From Blepharisma stoltei ATCC 30299 (taxonomy: Eukaryota > Protista > Ciliophora), in the NCBI GenBank assembly GCA_965603825.1, contig CBFDEM010000033.1, positions 1 to 64,000 of the forward strand: a stretch of 64,000 nt of DNA, given 5' to 3'. Position 1 is the first letter of the stretch; every line of letters begins with the position of its first letter. The notes beneath the pieces were generated by a model that saw only the letters and a program-made list of their open reading frames with translations, was not told where the DNA came from and did no database searches. The translations under genes were made by a program, and so were the position numbers. Shown here one piece after another: positions 37,885-49,171 of this stretch.

Positions 37885-38814
37885 TATGCAAATTATATTG
37901 TTATGGGCGTGGCCATAGGAATTTAGATATGAAATCTCATATGTAAGAAGCTGGGGATGAAGAAAAGTGGAGGGAAATATAAAGCTCAGTCCATTTTACC
38001 ATAATATAATCCCAAATTCTTCCTATTTAGAATAAAGAAAGCTAAGGATTCTAGAATGCGGAGAATAGTTTTAGCTGAAGCTTTTTTTAATTAATTAAAT
38101 TTTTGAATGAGATGAATTTTAAATGGAAGAAAATCAAAGAGTTAGGAGAAAAGCAAATTTTATGAAAATGAAAACAAATATTTCATAATCAAATAAAAGT
38201 TAGAATTTTTAACATTGTATATTTTATTAAGAAGCTTAAATAAAGTCTATGAGCAACTGATTCATTCAATATTCTAAACCATACTTGTGCAGATGAATAA
38301 ATATTCTCTAGCAATGAGATAGTCTGTAATGGTATTCTAATTTGCTAGTGATATGTTAATCTTAGGATTTTTATTGTGTGGGATACGAGCCAACTAGAAT
38401 TTTTAAATTTTTAGTCGCTAATAGATCAGAATAGAACAAGATTGTCTAATTTAGAGCTACTTCTCATTTATAATGGACAAAAATTGGGATTAATTTAATT
38501 TGATTTATTGCTTTCATCTGAGATTGACTGCTATATATTTCTATGCTTGAAAATGTTTAAATGAGAGAAAAATCTTCTGAAACTAGATATCCAGCAATTA
38601 AATTAAAGTAATTTATAAATTTTAAAAGGAGAATTTAGCAAATATTAATGATTTTTATCAGCTTTTAATCAGCTTAGACTGCTTTTTCATGCCATTAAAA
38701 TAAATCAAATAATAAGCAACTATAGACAATAAATATGAAATATATATCGGAATTTGGAAAATAATTTAATGGCCAAATTAATTTTTATGATCCATTTATA
38801 TCTATAGTAAAGCG

Positions 38815-40370
38815 ATGAATTGCTGAAAATCCTATTGCACTCAAAAGGCTGCAATGTTTTGTCTATGTTCTGATGAAAGAATTTATTCTTGTGAAACCCA
38901 TTTAATTGAGCACTTCAAACTATTTCCTCATAAAGCTCATAATCCAGAAGTCTTATGCTTTAGCCCGCATCCAGGAACTAAGCAAGCTCTCATTTTTTAT
39001 CTTTCAAAAAGAATAGTAGAATTGAATAGTTGGTTTCCCTAAAATAAATAAATATACTATGATTATTACAAATTTAGAGGGCTGCATTATATTTTCCTAC
39101 CCCTATATGCATTGCAATGAATTAATTTTACTTAATAAAGCAACAAATTATTTTAAAATGATTAGAAAAATGGTAAGATGTCCGTTCTAAAATCAAGACG
39201 ATTTACATAGAAGCCAAACTCTCGTTAAAATTAGCACATTAAAACATAAAACAATAATTAAAGTGTGTTTGAGTTAAATGGTGCATCAAGAGATAATATG
39301 GGTGAGTATAAATTAGATCAACCAATAGTTTCCAATCAAAATTAATATGCGATATTTCTATAAAGATTAAGGAACTGAATTCTCAGCTAAAAATTGCAGT
39401 TGATGAAATTAAAAGAGTAAAAAATGAAGCCCATTCCTTAATAGAAACAATATCTTCAGCTGTTCTCTTAAAAAAAGAAGATAAATTTGGTAAAATTTTA
39501 GTTTTTGACCTTGATGCAGCAATTAAACATATAGAAATTAATTTTTGCAGAGTCGATAAAGATAAGTTTCTGGATGGTTTTGATATTTACAATTATCAAA
39601 ATGAGCGAAATGAAATGTATCTTCTTAAAGATAAGCCTAGAAGTCTACTTCGAGTAAATCTCAATGATCTCAAAAGCAGTAAAATGGAGATTCAAGTGTT
39701 AAATGAAAATGATGCATTAGCAATAGCCAAAATTTCAGATAATGCTCTTTTCTGTACTTTATGAGATGATAAAGTTTATCATTATTCTAGCTATACATCA
39801 ACTTCCTTTTTGATATATCCTGATTGTAGAATTAGCTATATTCCTGATCGCTTGTTCTCATGTATTCGTGTATGCCCTATTTTCTGTAATGATGAAGTGT
39901 ATGTTTTTGGTGGTCAAACTTCAAATGGATTACTATTAACTCCAGAAAAATATATCATATCAGAAAATAAATGAAAACAAATTCGCAAAATGAGCTGTGG
40001 AGCAAACTACTGCAACGGCTTTTCTTATAAAAATCAAATTTTCTTTACTGGGAGTGAGCATAAAAGTATTTATATTTATAATGTTTTGCTTGATACTTAC
40101 AAAGAAATACACGCTAATTTATCTGGCTCAGGAAAAATTTTATTTTTAAAAAATACTGTATTTTATGTAATTGAAAGCTCCTCAAATATTTTTGAAATCA
40201 GCGCTGATGATCCAAATAAATTCAAATTCTTTGGAAAAATTTCATCATTTTGGGGCCCTATATCTCAAATTGTGCAATTTAAAGACTCTGTTTATTTTAT
40301 AAGTTCTTACACTTCTCTTTATAAATTCAATTTAGTTCAAAGATCTATTGAGAAGTTGAACCTATCATAA
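38815..40370 (+). CDS. B-box-like/coiled-coil/kelch-like protein (418 aa after removing the 299-bp insertion)
   Basis: MNCWKSYCTQKAAMFCLC...CETHLIEH; VYVFGG...EKY...(TGA=W) kelch motif; the two halves join in frame on excision. Confidence 0.8.
39027..39327. mobile_element. IES-like insertion: TA-bounded, 299 bp net, within AATAGTT direct repeats, imperfect TIR
   Basis: AATAGTT at 39025-31 and 39324-30; left end TAGTTGGTT versus right-end reverse complement TATTGGTT; AT-rich non-coding interior; excision restores the ORF. Confidence 0.8.
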
Positions 40371-40778
40371 TTTAAAAGATAAATGCTTTTATGAGCCAAT
40401 TTATTTTCGATTTTTAATTTGTTAACAGTAAATATCTTTGGGTTTGAGAAATTTGTCTGATAAGTATCCTTTATTTTCATCAATTAAGTTCATAAGATGC
40501 TCAAGATTTTCATTTTGCTCACTTTGGTGATCAGCTAAATTTATTCTATATCGCTGAAAATAATTGGCATTAGCCATTCCCAAAATACATCATTAATATC
40601 TTTAATTCATTTTAAAATTATTAATTACTTAAACTAATAGCCTTATTTCAATTTTAATCTGCTCTGCAATTATTATTTTAATATAAAAACTCTGAGGCAA
40701 TAGTTTAGATTTCTATAAGCCTTATTCTTCATTTTTTATTAAATAGTCAATAATTTCGTCACCTGGAGAAAAATATAA

Positions 40779-42116
40779 ATGTGGGTTCACCTTCTTTTAA
40801 TAGGAACAGCCCTGAGTGCACCTTTAGCTGATTTAGTAAAAAATCGTCCAGGGCTCCCAGCAGACTCTCCACCTAATTTCGATACATATTCTGGTTATCT
40901 TAACATTCCTAACTCAAATGGAAAATCATTACATTACATCCTCGTTGAAAGTCAAAATAACCCAGCGACTGATCCTTTGCTACTATGGCTTAATGGAGGC
41001 CCAGGCTGTTCTTCACTAGACGGCTTTATCTATGAGCATGGCCCTTATGTATTTCCAGACGAAGGCACTACTCTTTTTAAAAATCAATGGTCTTGGAATA
41101 CCAATGCTAGTGTCATCTACCTTGAAGCACCAGCTGGGGTGGGCTGGTCCGTTATGGGAGACCTTTCTAACAATAGCACAGACGATGAAATCACTGCCCA
41201 CGACAGCCTTCAAGCAATTTTACAATTTTTCAGGAAATTCCCTGAATACAGATACCACGATTTTTACATCTCAGGAGAAAGCTATGCAGGCATTTATGTC
41301 CCTACGCTAGCATACAATGTCCTTATGTATAACAACTATAGTCCTCACAATAGCATTAACCTAAAAGGCATTGCTGTTGGAAATGGAATTACAGATTGGA
41401 ATGTGGACTCTACCCCAGCCTTTATGAAACTAGCCTGGACCCATGCTCTTATTGGCTATGAATGGTATGAAAAATTAGTCGCTGATTGTGACAATCTCAA
41501 TGACTGGAGCAGTGAAGCCTGCAATAATGACGTTTATTATATAGAAGCCACTCTTCTAAACAATATTAATATTTATGATGTATATGGCCCTTGCATTTAT
41601 CATAACTCGACACAAGCACAGCTGGACAATAATAGATACCTGAAATTTGTATTAGATCAAAATCCAAATTTGGGAATAATCCCTCCATGCTGTGCATGGC
41701 AAGGCGCTTATGAGTATCTCCAAAGCCAAGCTGTAAGGACTGCTTTTAATATACCGAATAGTGTACAGCAGTGGACTTTTTGTGTGAATTTGGACTATCA
41801 GGATGACTATCTTCATGGCTCAGTCTATATATATCCTTACTTGATACGTGCAGGGCTACGAATTTTGGTCTACTCAGGAGATGTCGATGGGTCAGTACCA
41901 TTTATAGGGACAAGGGAATGGATTAACAGCTTAAATTTAGATGTGAAACAAAGTTATGCTTCTTGGTATGTTGATGAACAAGTCGCTGGATATTATATAG
42001 AATATGAAGGGCTGACTTGGGTAACTGTAAAAGGAGCAGGACATATGGTGCCACAGTGGAAAAGACCTCAAGCTTGGCATATGATTAATTCTTTCTTAAG
42101 TGGAGTTTCACCATAA
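40779..42116 (+). CDS. Secreted serine carboxypeptidase (S10), copy 1
   Basis: WLNGGPGCSS, GESYAG, YSGDVD, GAGHMVP; signal peptide. Confidence 0.96.
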   Translation: MWVHLLLIGTALSAPLADLVKNRPGLPADSPPNFDTYSGYLNIPNSNGKSLHYILVESQNNPATDPLLLWLNGGPGCSSLDGFIYEHGPYVFPDEGTTLFKNQWSWNTNASVIYLEAPAGVGWSVMGDLSNNSTDDEITAHDSLQAILQFFRKFPEYRYHDFYISGESYAGIYVPTLAYNVLMYNNYSPHNSINLKGIAVGNGITDWNVDSTPAFMKLAWTHALIGYEWYEKLVADCDNLNDWSSEACNNDVYYIEATLLNNINIYDVYGPCIYHNSTQAQLDNNRYLKFVLDQNPNLGIIPPCCAWQGAYEYLQSQAVRTAFNIPNSVQQWTFCVNLDYQDDYLHGSVYIYPYLIRAGLRILVYSGDVDGSVPFIGTREWINSLNLDVKQSYASWYVDEQVAGYYIEYEGLTWVTVKGAGHMVPQWKRPQAWHMINSFLSGVSP

Positions 42117-42251
42117 TTAATTTTAAATATTATTAAGAGGATATAATATCCTAATTTTTAAGAAATCTGAATGATTTTTACTAGAAAAATTATAGTTCAA
42201 TAGCTTTTTTAATTTTTGATGTAGAAATATTTATTTTGGTGAAAAATATAA

Positions 42252-43586
42252 ATGTGGGTTCTTCTTATTTTAGTAGAAACAGTTTTAGGTGCACCTTTAG
42301 CTGACTTAGTCAAAAATCGGCCAGGACTTCCACCAGACTCTCCTCCCAATTTCGATACATATTCTGGATACCTTGATATTCCCAATTCTAACGGAAAATC
42401 ATTACACTATGTTCTTGTTGAAAGCCAAAATAACCCAGCAACAGATCCTTTGCTACTATGACTTAATGGAGGTCCAGGCTGCTCTTCATTAGATGGCTTT
42501 GCCTATGAGCATGGCCCTTATGTATTTCCTGATGAGGGCACAACTCTTTTTAAGAATCAGTGGTCTTGGAATACCAATGCCAGCGTCTTATACCTTGAAT
42601 CCCCAGCTGGTGTTGGCTTCTCAATTTTGGGAGACCCTTCAAATAATAGCACCGATGATGAAATTGCTGCTCATGATAATCTTCTTGCCATTGTCCAATT
42701 TTTCAGAAAGTTTCCTGAGTATAGAAACCATGAGTTTTATATTTCAGGGGAAAGCTATGCAGGAATGTATTTACCTTACTTAGCCTATAACATTCTAATG
42801 TATAACAACTATAGTCCTCACAATATTAACCTCAAAGGAATGATAATTGGAGGTCCAGCTACTGATTTTACATATGATTTCACCCCAGCTTTGATGAAAT
42901 TACTCTGAACTCATGCTCTAATTGATTATAACTGGTATTATAAACTAGTAAATGACTGTGATAATTTCAATGAATGGGATGGCGAAGCTTGTGGAAATGA
43001 CACAAATTATATACAAACTGAGCTCCTAAGTAACTTGAATTATTATAATATTTATGGGCCTTGCATATATCAAAATGATACTAGAGCACAAAAGGATAAC
43101 AATATTTTCCTCAGAGCTGCATTAGATTCAATGGCTTCTCCAGGAATTATTCCACCATGTGCAGCTTGGGAAGGCGCTTATGACTATTTCTTAAATGATA
43201 CAGTAAGAAAAGCATTCAATATCCCAGCGAATGTCCAGCCTTGGACTTTTTGTATTTTCCTTGACTATATTTCAGATTATCAGCATGGGTCAGTCTTTTT
43301 GTATCCTTTTCTTATTCGTTCTAGCTTGCGCATATGGATTTATTCAGGAGATGCTGATGGGTCTACACCTTTTATTGGTACCAGAGAGTGGATAACTGGC
43401 TTAAATCTAAATGTGAAGCAGCCGTATACTTCATGATATGTAGATGATCAAGTGGCTGGGTTTTATACTGAGTATGAAGGACTTACCTGGGTGCTGGTGA
43501 AGGGTGGTGGGCATATGGTTCCACAGTGGAAGCGTCCACAAGCATGGCACATAATCAATTCGTTTTTAAGTGGTGTTTCACTTTAA
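42252..43586 (+). CDS. Secreted serine carboxypeptidase (S10), copy 2 (444 aa)
   Basis: Colinear with copy 1; TGAs at 42459, 42906 and 43434 align with TGG in copy 1. Confidence 0.94.
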
Positions 43587-43777
43587 TTTGTAAGCTGAAT
43601 AGCTTAAATTTAATATTTATTAGCGACATAAATATTGTGATACCATCATCACAATAAATAATACATAATTATAAAATTAAAGCAATCTCAAAGAGAATTA
43701 AATAATCAATCTCTCAACATAATTTAACTTCCTATAGATATAATTAAAAAGAATACTTATTAAACCGGGAAGATTAG

Positions 43778-45592
43778 TTAGTGAAACTTACGAGAATCTT
43801 CGAAATTTCCGGTTTCTCCAGCTGGCTCAATTTTATTAATGCTTGCAAATAGTTCTTTCAGGGTTTCTTGGCTGATAGACTTAACAGTTTTTGAACCACT
43901 CGCATACTTGAAATTAGTGTTGATTTTATGAGTCGCTGCATTATAAGAAGCAATCTGAGTCTTGGCAATAGCAATTTGCTTCTTCAATCTTTCTCTCCAA
44001 CTAGTTCCTGGAATTTCTTTAGGCACTTTCAGCACTAATTTTTGAGTCCCTAGTGGCTTAGAATAGTCCTTAAAAACACCTGCAAACTGGACTTTATCTT
44101 CTGCGGTCATATAGTCAAAGTCCTTTAAGTCTTCAACATCACTTTCATAGTAATCTTTATACTGTTGTACAGCTTCATCCATAATGAAGTTCTGGATGTC
44201 ATCAACCTTGCTATATACTGCCTTTTTTAAGTCTCTTGATCTTATGGCACTTTCCTTAGTCATGTTATGGGCTTGCTCTTCAGCATCTTTAAAGCTTAAT
44301 TCCTTAGGGTCTCTTTTTTGCAGTCTATCCAGGTATCTCCTAATCATTCTGTTTTCCCTGATAAAGTGGGTTGCAGGGTCGTCGTTCCACTTTCTGTGCT
44401 TAAACCTGAACATTTTCTTTTCATAAGTCCCCATGACGACTGGAACAGGGTTCATTAAGTCTTCTTCTACAAACTCGTAGTTCTTGAAGTTAAAAATTCC
44501 TGAGGCGACAAGATCTTCATAGTCGTCCTGAGTGTTTTGAAGTTCCTCTTCAGGGTCTAGGTCAGTCTGATAGTAGTCGTTAAATCGCTGCTCCAGCTCA
44601 TTAGTATGCAAATAAAAGACGTAGTTTTTGCCTGTCCTTTCAGCTGCCCTTTCAAGCATCCTTTTTTCTCTCCTTTCATGGTCTATTGGTTCTAAGATGC
44701 TTCTTTTTTCAAACTGCGAGACTTTTTGGAAAATCCTGTCCAGCTTTCTAATGGCAAGCTCAGAAGTAATAAGATCTTCGTAGTCTTGGACTGAATAGTT
44801 GTACTTAGGGTAATAGCCGCCGTTTTCCCATAGGATTCTGTTTTCTACATCAATTAAAGCTTTGTGGAGGTCAGTCAGCTTCTCATGGCCCTCATGGAGT
44901 TTCTGCATCCTGTAGGCAGGGTCTGTGAGGATTCTGTCATGGTCGTCTGGGTTGACCAAAATATAGGCATAATTGGTGTTCTGATGAGGGTGCAGGACTG
45001 CATAAGGCTCAGCGAACTTGTGGAAGGACCACCTGGTGACCAAATCGTCGTCATCTCCCATCTCTTCTTCTAATACTGGCATATAGTGCTCCAAGTAGTA
45101 GTCATTTTCAGCGCTGATCTCGTCTTTTAAGTTAATCAGTTTAAAGCATTGGCCACAGGAGTGGCATCTGTGGATTGGCCCTTCTCTGAGGATAAACCAG
45201 ATGCCCTGATGCTGGAGACCTTCTTCTTCGTCGTTGGCGCCTGCACACATCACGTATCGCCAGCCAACATTGGCTGAGAACAGCAGAACTGGGTTGTCGA
45301 GGGTGCCGAAGTTGCGCAGAGGGTTGGTGTCACCCATCATGATTTCTAGATCGAAAGGGTTGTTGGTTACCATGGCCTGGACCTCATGGGCGTCTTCGTC
45401 GAAGAGTTCGGTCTCTGTTGCTTCCATTGTATGAGTATTATGTCTTCCAGGACCTGGCTCGATAGCATGCTTAAATTGTCCCTTCAAGGAGGCATAGATA
45501 CTGCCTAAACCAAATAAGCCTCGGCTCGGTTGGGTGGCTAACAGTGAGGCTTTATTAGCAAGAGCTATGCTCTGCCGTAAACTTCTTAACAT
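43778..45592 (-). CDS. COX5B: Cytochrome c oxidase subunit 5B with long ciliate-type extension
   Basis: Mitochondrial presequence; FGTLDNPV...RYVMC...WF.LREGPIHRCHSCGQCFKL. Confidence 0.85.
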   Translation of the reverse strand: MLRSLRQSIALANKASLLATQPSRGLFGLGSIYASLKGQFKHAIEPGPGRHNTHTMEATETELFDEDAHEVQAMVTNNPFDLEIMMGDTNPLRNFGTLDNPVLLFSANVGWRYVMCAGANDEEEGLQHQGIWFILREGPIHRCHSCGQCFKLINLKDEISAENDYYLEHYMPVLEEEMGDDDDLVTRWSFHKFAEPYAVLHPHQNTNYAYILVNPDDHDRILTDPAYRMQKLHEGHEKLTDLHKALIDVENRILWENGGYYPKYNYSVQDYEDLITSELAIRKLDRIFQKVSQFEKRSILEPIDHERREKRMLERAAERTGKNYVFYLHTNELEQRFNDYYQTDLDPEEELQNTQDDYEDLVASGIFNFKNYEFVEEDLMNPVPVVMGTYEKKMFRFKHRKWNDDPATHFIRENRMIRRYLDRLQKRDPKELSFKDAEEQAHNMTKESAIRSRDLKKAVYSKVDDIQNFIMDEAVQQYKDYYESDVEDLKDFDYMTAEDKVQFAGVFKDYSKPLGTQKLVLKVPKEIPGTSWRERLKKQIAIAKTQIASYNAATHKINTNFKYASGSKTVKSISQETLKELFASINKIEPAGETGNFEDSRKFH

Positions 45593-45770
45593 ATTAATAT
45601 AGCCATTTGTTCGTATATCTGTATCAAAAAGGATGGTGATTTAAATTTACAACATGAATAGAGATAGAAGAAAAATTAATGTGGAATTGCTGAGGAAAAT
45701 AACGAATTTTCATATTTTATTTTATTATGGAATAATTATAATGAAGAATTTATTAATTGGGAGTATTTTT

Positions 45771-46694
45771 CTATTCTTTTTTCTTATCAAGCTTATTAGG
45801 TGGCCAATCATAAGCGCCAGGCCCAGGAACCCATTGCTTACTTTTTATATGTGCGTCTGTCATTCTTGTCACTTTATAAGGGAATATTCTTGCTGTTAGG
45901 CCTTTTTTGGTAATCGCTTTATACCCATTGTCAATCTCTTTATAAGCGCCAACTCCTGGGAAGCCTTTAGTCTGGTGGCCTTTAAGCTCAATTGCATTGG
46001 GTGGGTGGTCTTTTGGGAAGGAATACAAAGGCTCTCTTTCTGTCACAAATTTGATTGGCTTGTCAATTGAGTATTTCCCAGGCCCACGCTCTCTAGCTTT
46101 TTGCTCTTGTTCAGTAGCTACTCTTTTGTCCTTAGGTTTAGCCCATCCGTGCTCTTTATTGATTTCAGTTTTATGTGGGTTATAAGCCCAGCTGCAAGGG
46201 GTTTCTTCAGCATAAAATTCAGTTGTTGTCAGAAAGCTGAGCCTTTCTCCTGATCTATATAAAAATTACGAAAACTTCCCAAGTGCGACATGGCCTGTAG
46301 GCATTTCAGGCTTTTTTGCTTTTTTCGAAGTGGGTTTAGGCCAGAAAGCGCCTGGGCCTGGCATTGATGCACTTTTTCTCATTACTTCGTCAATAACTGT
46401 TTCACGTTTTGAATATAAAAATTTGCCATTGGACTTTTCCCAATTCATTTTGCTTGCTTCTTTGTACTCCAACGTATATTTCGTTGGATCTGGCTCAGTG
46501 GCCCGTTTTTTCGCAATTGCATAAGAATCAGCTCTTGGACTTTTAGGGAATGCGTGCTCACGAGTTAGGTAAAGGTTGTTTTCGCTTGGGACTCGGTAGC
46601 CTTCTATTCCCCACTCATCCTTTTGGCCACGTGTGATTTTATAAAGTTCTTCAATTGAATGTTTTTCTTGTTTTTGAGATGGTTGGTATTCCAT
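45771..46694 (-). CDS. SHIPPO/ODF3-like PGPGxY-repeat ciliary protein
   Basis: PGPGAF, GPGKY, PGVGAY, PGPGAY; one intron. Confidence 0.82.
46255..46269 (-). other. 15-nt intron GTAATTTTTATATAG
   Basis: Removes in-frame TAA; A10. Confidence 0.9.
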
Positions 46695-46832
46695 TATATT
46701 TTTATCTAAAACAGAGCGTTTTAATACAAATTATATTTATATTTTCTAAAATAAGCCTAAAATTTAAATTATTTAGTATTAGTTTTGGAAATTAAATAAG
46801 CTAAGCTATTATTCCATAATTATTTTCAGAAA

Positions 46833-49169
46833 ATGTTCAATGAAAAAGAGCTTGATGAATTTCTTCGAGACATCGAATACGTCTCCTCCGAAGTCGAAGG
46901 CATCATAAAAGGCGACATTGACGTTGAACAAATCAAAAAATCTGAAGAACAACAAAAAGCCCTGGAAGCCCAAAAAATTGCTAGAGAGCTTGAAGAAAAA
47001 CAAAAAGCTGAAGAAGAAAAAAAGCGAGGCAGAAAAGGCAAAGGCATAAAATTCGACACATATAAATCTTATTGTCCTAATTGTCAGCGTGAATTCGAGC
47101 GAGAGCGAGAAATGTGCTATGTATGTGGCAGAAAATGCATATCAAGCGAAAAGCGAAAACAAGACCTTTTATCCAAAGTAGAAGAGCTTAAAAAAGAACG
47201 CGCAGAAAAAGCAGAAAAAAAAGTCCGTTGGGAAAACTGGCAAAAAACCCAAGCTATGCTTTATAAGAGAACTGCTACGAATTATAAGAAATGGGACTAT
47301 TTTGATGACTATGAAGAAGAAGCTGAGCCAGAGTTCATCCCTCCTGATAATGACCCAAATTTTAAAGCTCTAGAGTTAGATATGAAAGAAAGAGCTGAAA
47401 AAAGAAAGCAGGAACTAGCCATAGCGACAGAGCTGAGGGAACAAGGGAATGCCTTTTTTAAAGAAGGAAAATACAATAATGCGATCTTAAAATACGAGGA
47501 AGCCCAGAACGTCAAAAAAGACTGGATGATTCTCTACACAAATTCAGCAATCGCAAGAATAAAAATAGAAGACTATGAAGGAGCCATAAAAGACTGCTCA
47601 CGAGTCCTGGATTACTATGAAGTTTTTGAAGACGGCTACGAAAAAAGCAAAGATGTCTGCTTCAAAGCATTAATTAGAAGAGGAGAAGCTTTAAGGCATC
47701 AGAAAAAATACACAGAAGCTATAAAAGATTTAACACAAGCCCTGGATTTAAAAGATGATGAAGAAATTGAAAGGATTTTAAACATGTGTAGAGAAGAAGC
47801 CAATATAGCTGGGCAGGAACTAGAAGAAATAAAGGTGGAGGAAATACAGTCAGCTGAGGTCATTATTGAGCAGCTTAATTCTGAGGAAAAAATATTGGGA
47901 TTTAGGCAGAGCGGAGGGTATATTGTGCTTTTTAAAAGGATTTTAGAAAGTAAAGATATTGAGGCGCTAAAGGTGTTGGAGTTTTTGATGGGGGACGAAA
48001 ATAAGTATGCACAGCTGGAGCCGCTTATTGCGAATGTTTATGATAAAAAAAGAACTGGGGCAATTGTGATGTTGGAAAGTATTGATAGATATATTAATGA
48101 TGAAATTTTTCACAGTCTAGCAAAGATTTTGTGCTTGGCCGTAGAGAATAAAGTAATCAGGGAAGAAATTGTGAAGCATTCAGCTACAACTAAAGGCAAA
48201 AAGTTCTGCCGATATGCTGTTGAGATATTTATTAAGAGGCCATCAAAATCTTTTTCACCAATTATCACAAATTTAAGCTTATCTACCTATAAAAGCTCCT
48301 TCGAAAGAAAGCCAAATCCAGGAAACATCAAAGCTATCATAAGGCATCAATGGAACAGCTTTTATCCTGCTTTCCAAAGGTTATTAGACAACCCAGAAAG
48401 CTTGCGAGAAGCTACAGGGATGCTATGCAATTTGGCTGCAGATCAAAAAATAAAATCTTTGTGTATGGGCCAGCACCGTCTAATGACTGTTTGCAATGAA
48501 ATTATCAATAACGGCACAAATTCTTTACAAATAGAAAACGCTTTAGGATTCTTAATTAACTGTGCAACATTGCCAGCGCCATTAGAAAAACTAGAAGAAT
48601 TCTATCAAGAATTCATCAGCGGAGTAATAAGACTTATAAACCTGCAGACTGGAATACAAAGTATTACTTATAGGTCATTTTTACTATTATTCAGACTTTT
48701 ATTCGCAAAACCAGAGCTCTCTGACACAGTCTGTCAAAACTCTACTGTAATGGAGCTAATTTTCAGGGCTTTAGAAAACCCTGATACCATTGACATTTCA
48801 GTCAAAATAATTACCATTGGCTCTTCTCAGTATAATTTCTGCAGAGCAATTCCTATCCAAAAAATATTAGAAATCACACAAAAATCAATCGCAGAATTTT
48901 TATCAGGAAAAAAAATCGACGACAGGATGGGAAACTTAGGTTTGTGCGTCGGAAAGATTGCTGACAAAATACCTAGCACTTCTACACAATTTATGCCACT
49001 AATTGAAGGTTTTGTCTCTGTAATTAAAGAAAAACTTGGCCCTGCAAGAAAAAATGTAGCAATTGGGCTATCAAAATTAGCTAATAATGAAGAAACCAAA
49101 GAGGAGCTGCGAAAGTTCCATGGATTTGAGATTTTGAATAGCGTCATAGGGCATCTAGATAATAAATAA
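46833..49169 (+). CDS. TTC12: TTC12-like TPR plus ARM protein (dynein-arm assembly)
   Basis: ELDMKERAEKR...LREQGNAFFKEGKY...KDWMILYTN...DYEGAIKDC resembles TTC12; ARM-like C-terminus. Confidence 0.72.
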   Translation: MFNEKELDEFLRDIEYVSSEVEGIIKGDIDVEQIKKSEEQQKALEAQKIARELEEKQKAEEEKKRGRKGKGIKFDTYKSYCPNCQREFEREREMCYVCGRKCISSEKRKQDLLSKVEELKKERAEKAEKKVRWENWQKTQAMLYKRTATNYKKWDYFDDYEEEAEPEFIPPDNDPNFKALELDMKERAEKRKQELAIATELREQGNAFFKEGKYNNAILKYEEAQNVKKDWMILYTNSAIARIKIEDYEGAIKDCSRVLDYYEVFEDGYEKSKDVCFKALIRRGEALRHQKKYTEAIKDLTQALDLKDDEEIERILNMCREEANIAGQELEEIKVEEIQSAEVIIEQLNSEEKILGFRQSGGYIVLFKRILESKDIEALKVLEFLMGDENKYAQLEPLIANVYDKKRTGAIVMLESIDRYINDEIFHSLAKILCLAVENKVIREEIVKHSATTKGKKFCRYAVEIFIKRPSKSFSPIITNLSLSTYKSSFERKPNPGNIKAIIRHQWNSFYPAFQRLLDNPESLREATGMLCNLAADQKIKSLCMGQHRLMTVCNEIINNGTNSLQIENALGFLINCATLPAPLEKLEEFYQEFISGVIRLINLQTGIQSITYRSFLLLFRLLFAKPELSDTVCQNSTVMELIFRALENPDTIDISVKIITIGSSQYNFCRAIPIQKILEITQKSIAEFLSGKKIDDRMGNLGLCVGKIADKIPSTSTQFMPLIEGFVSVIKEKLGPARKNVAIGLSKLANNEETKEELRKFHGFEILNSVIGHLDNK

Positions 49170-49171
49170 AT

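Noticed and set aside
39029-39328. Insertion as a 300-nt GT-AG intron
   Set aside because: Splicing 300 nt leaves the wrong frame and meets a TAA within five codons; only 299-nt removal works, and all other introns are 15 nt.
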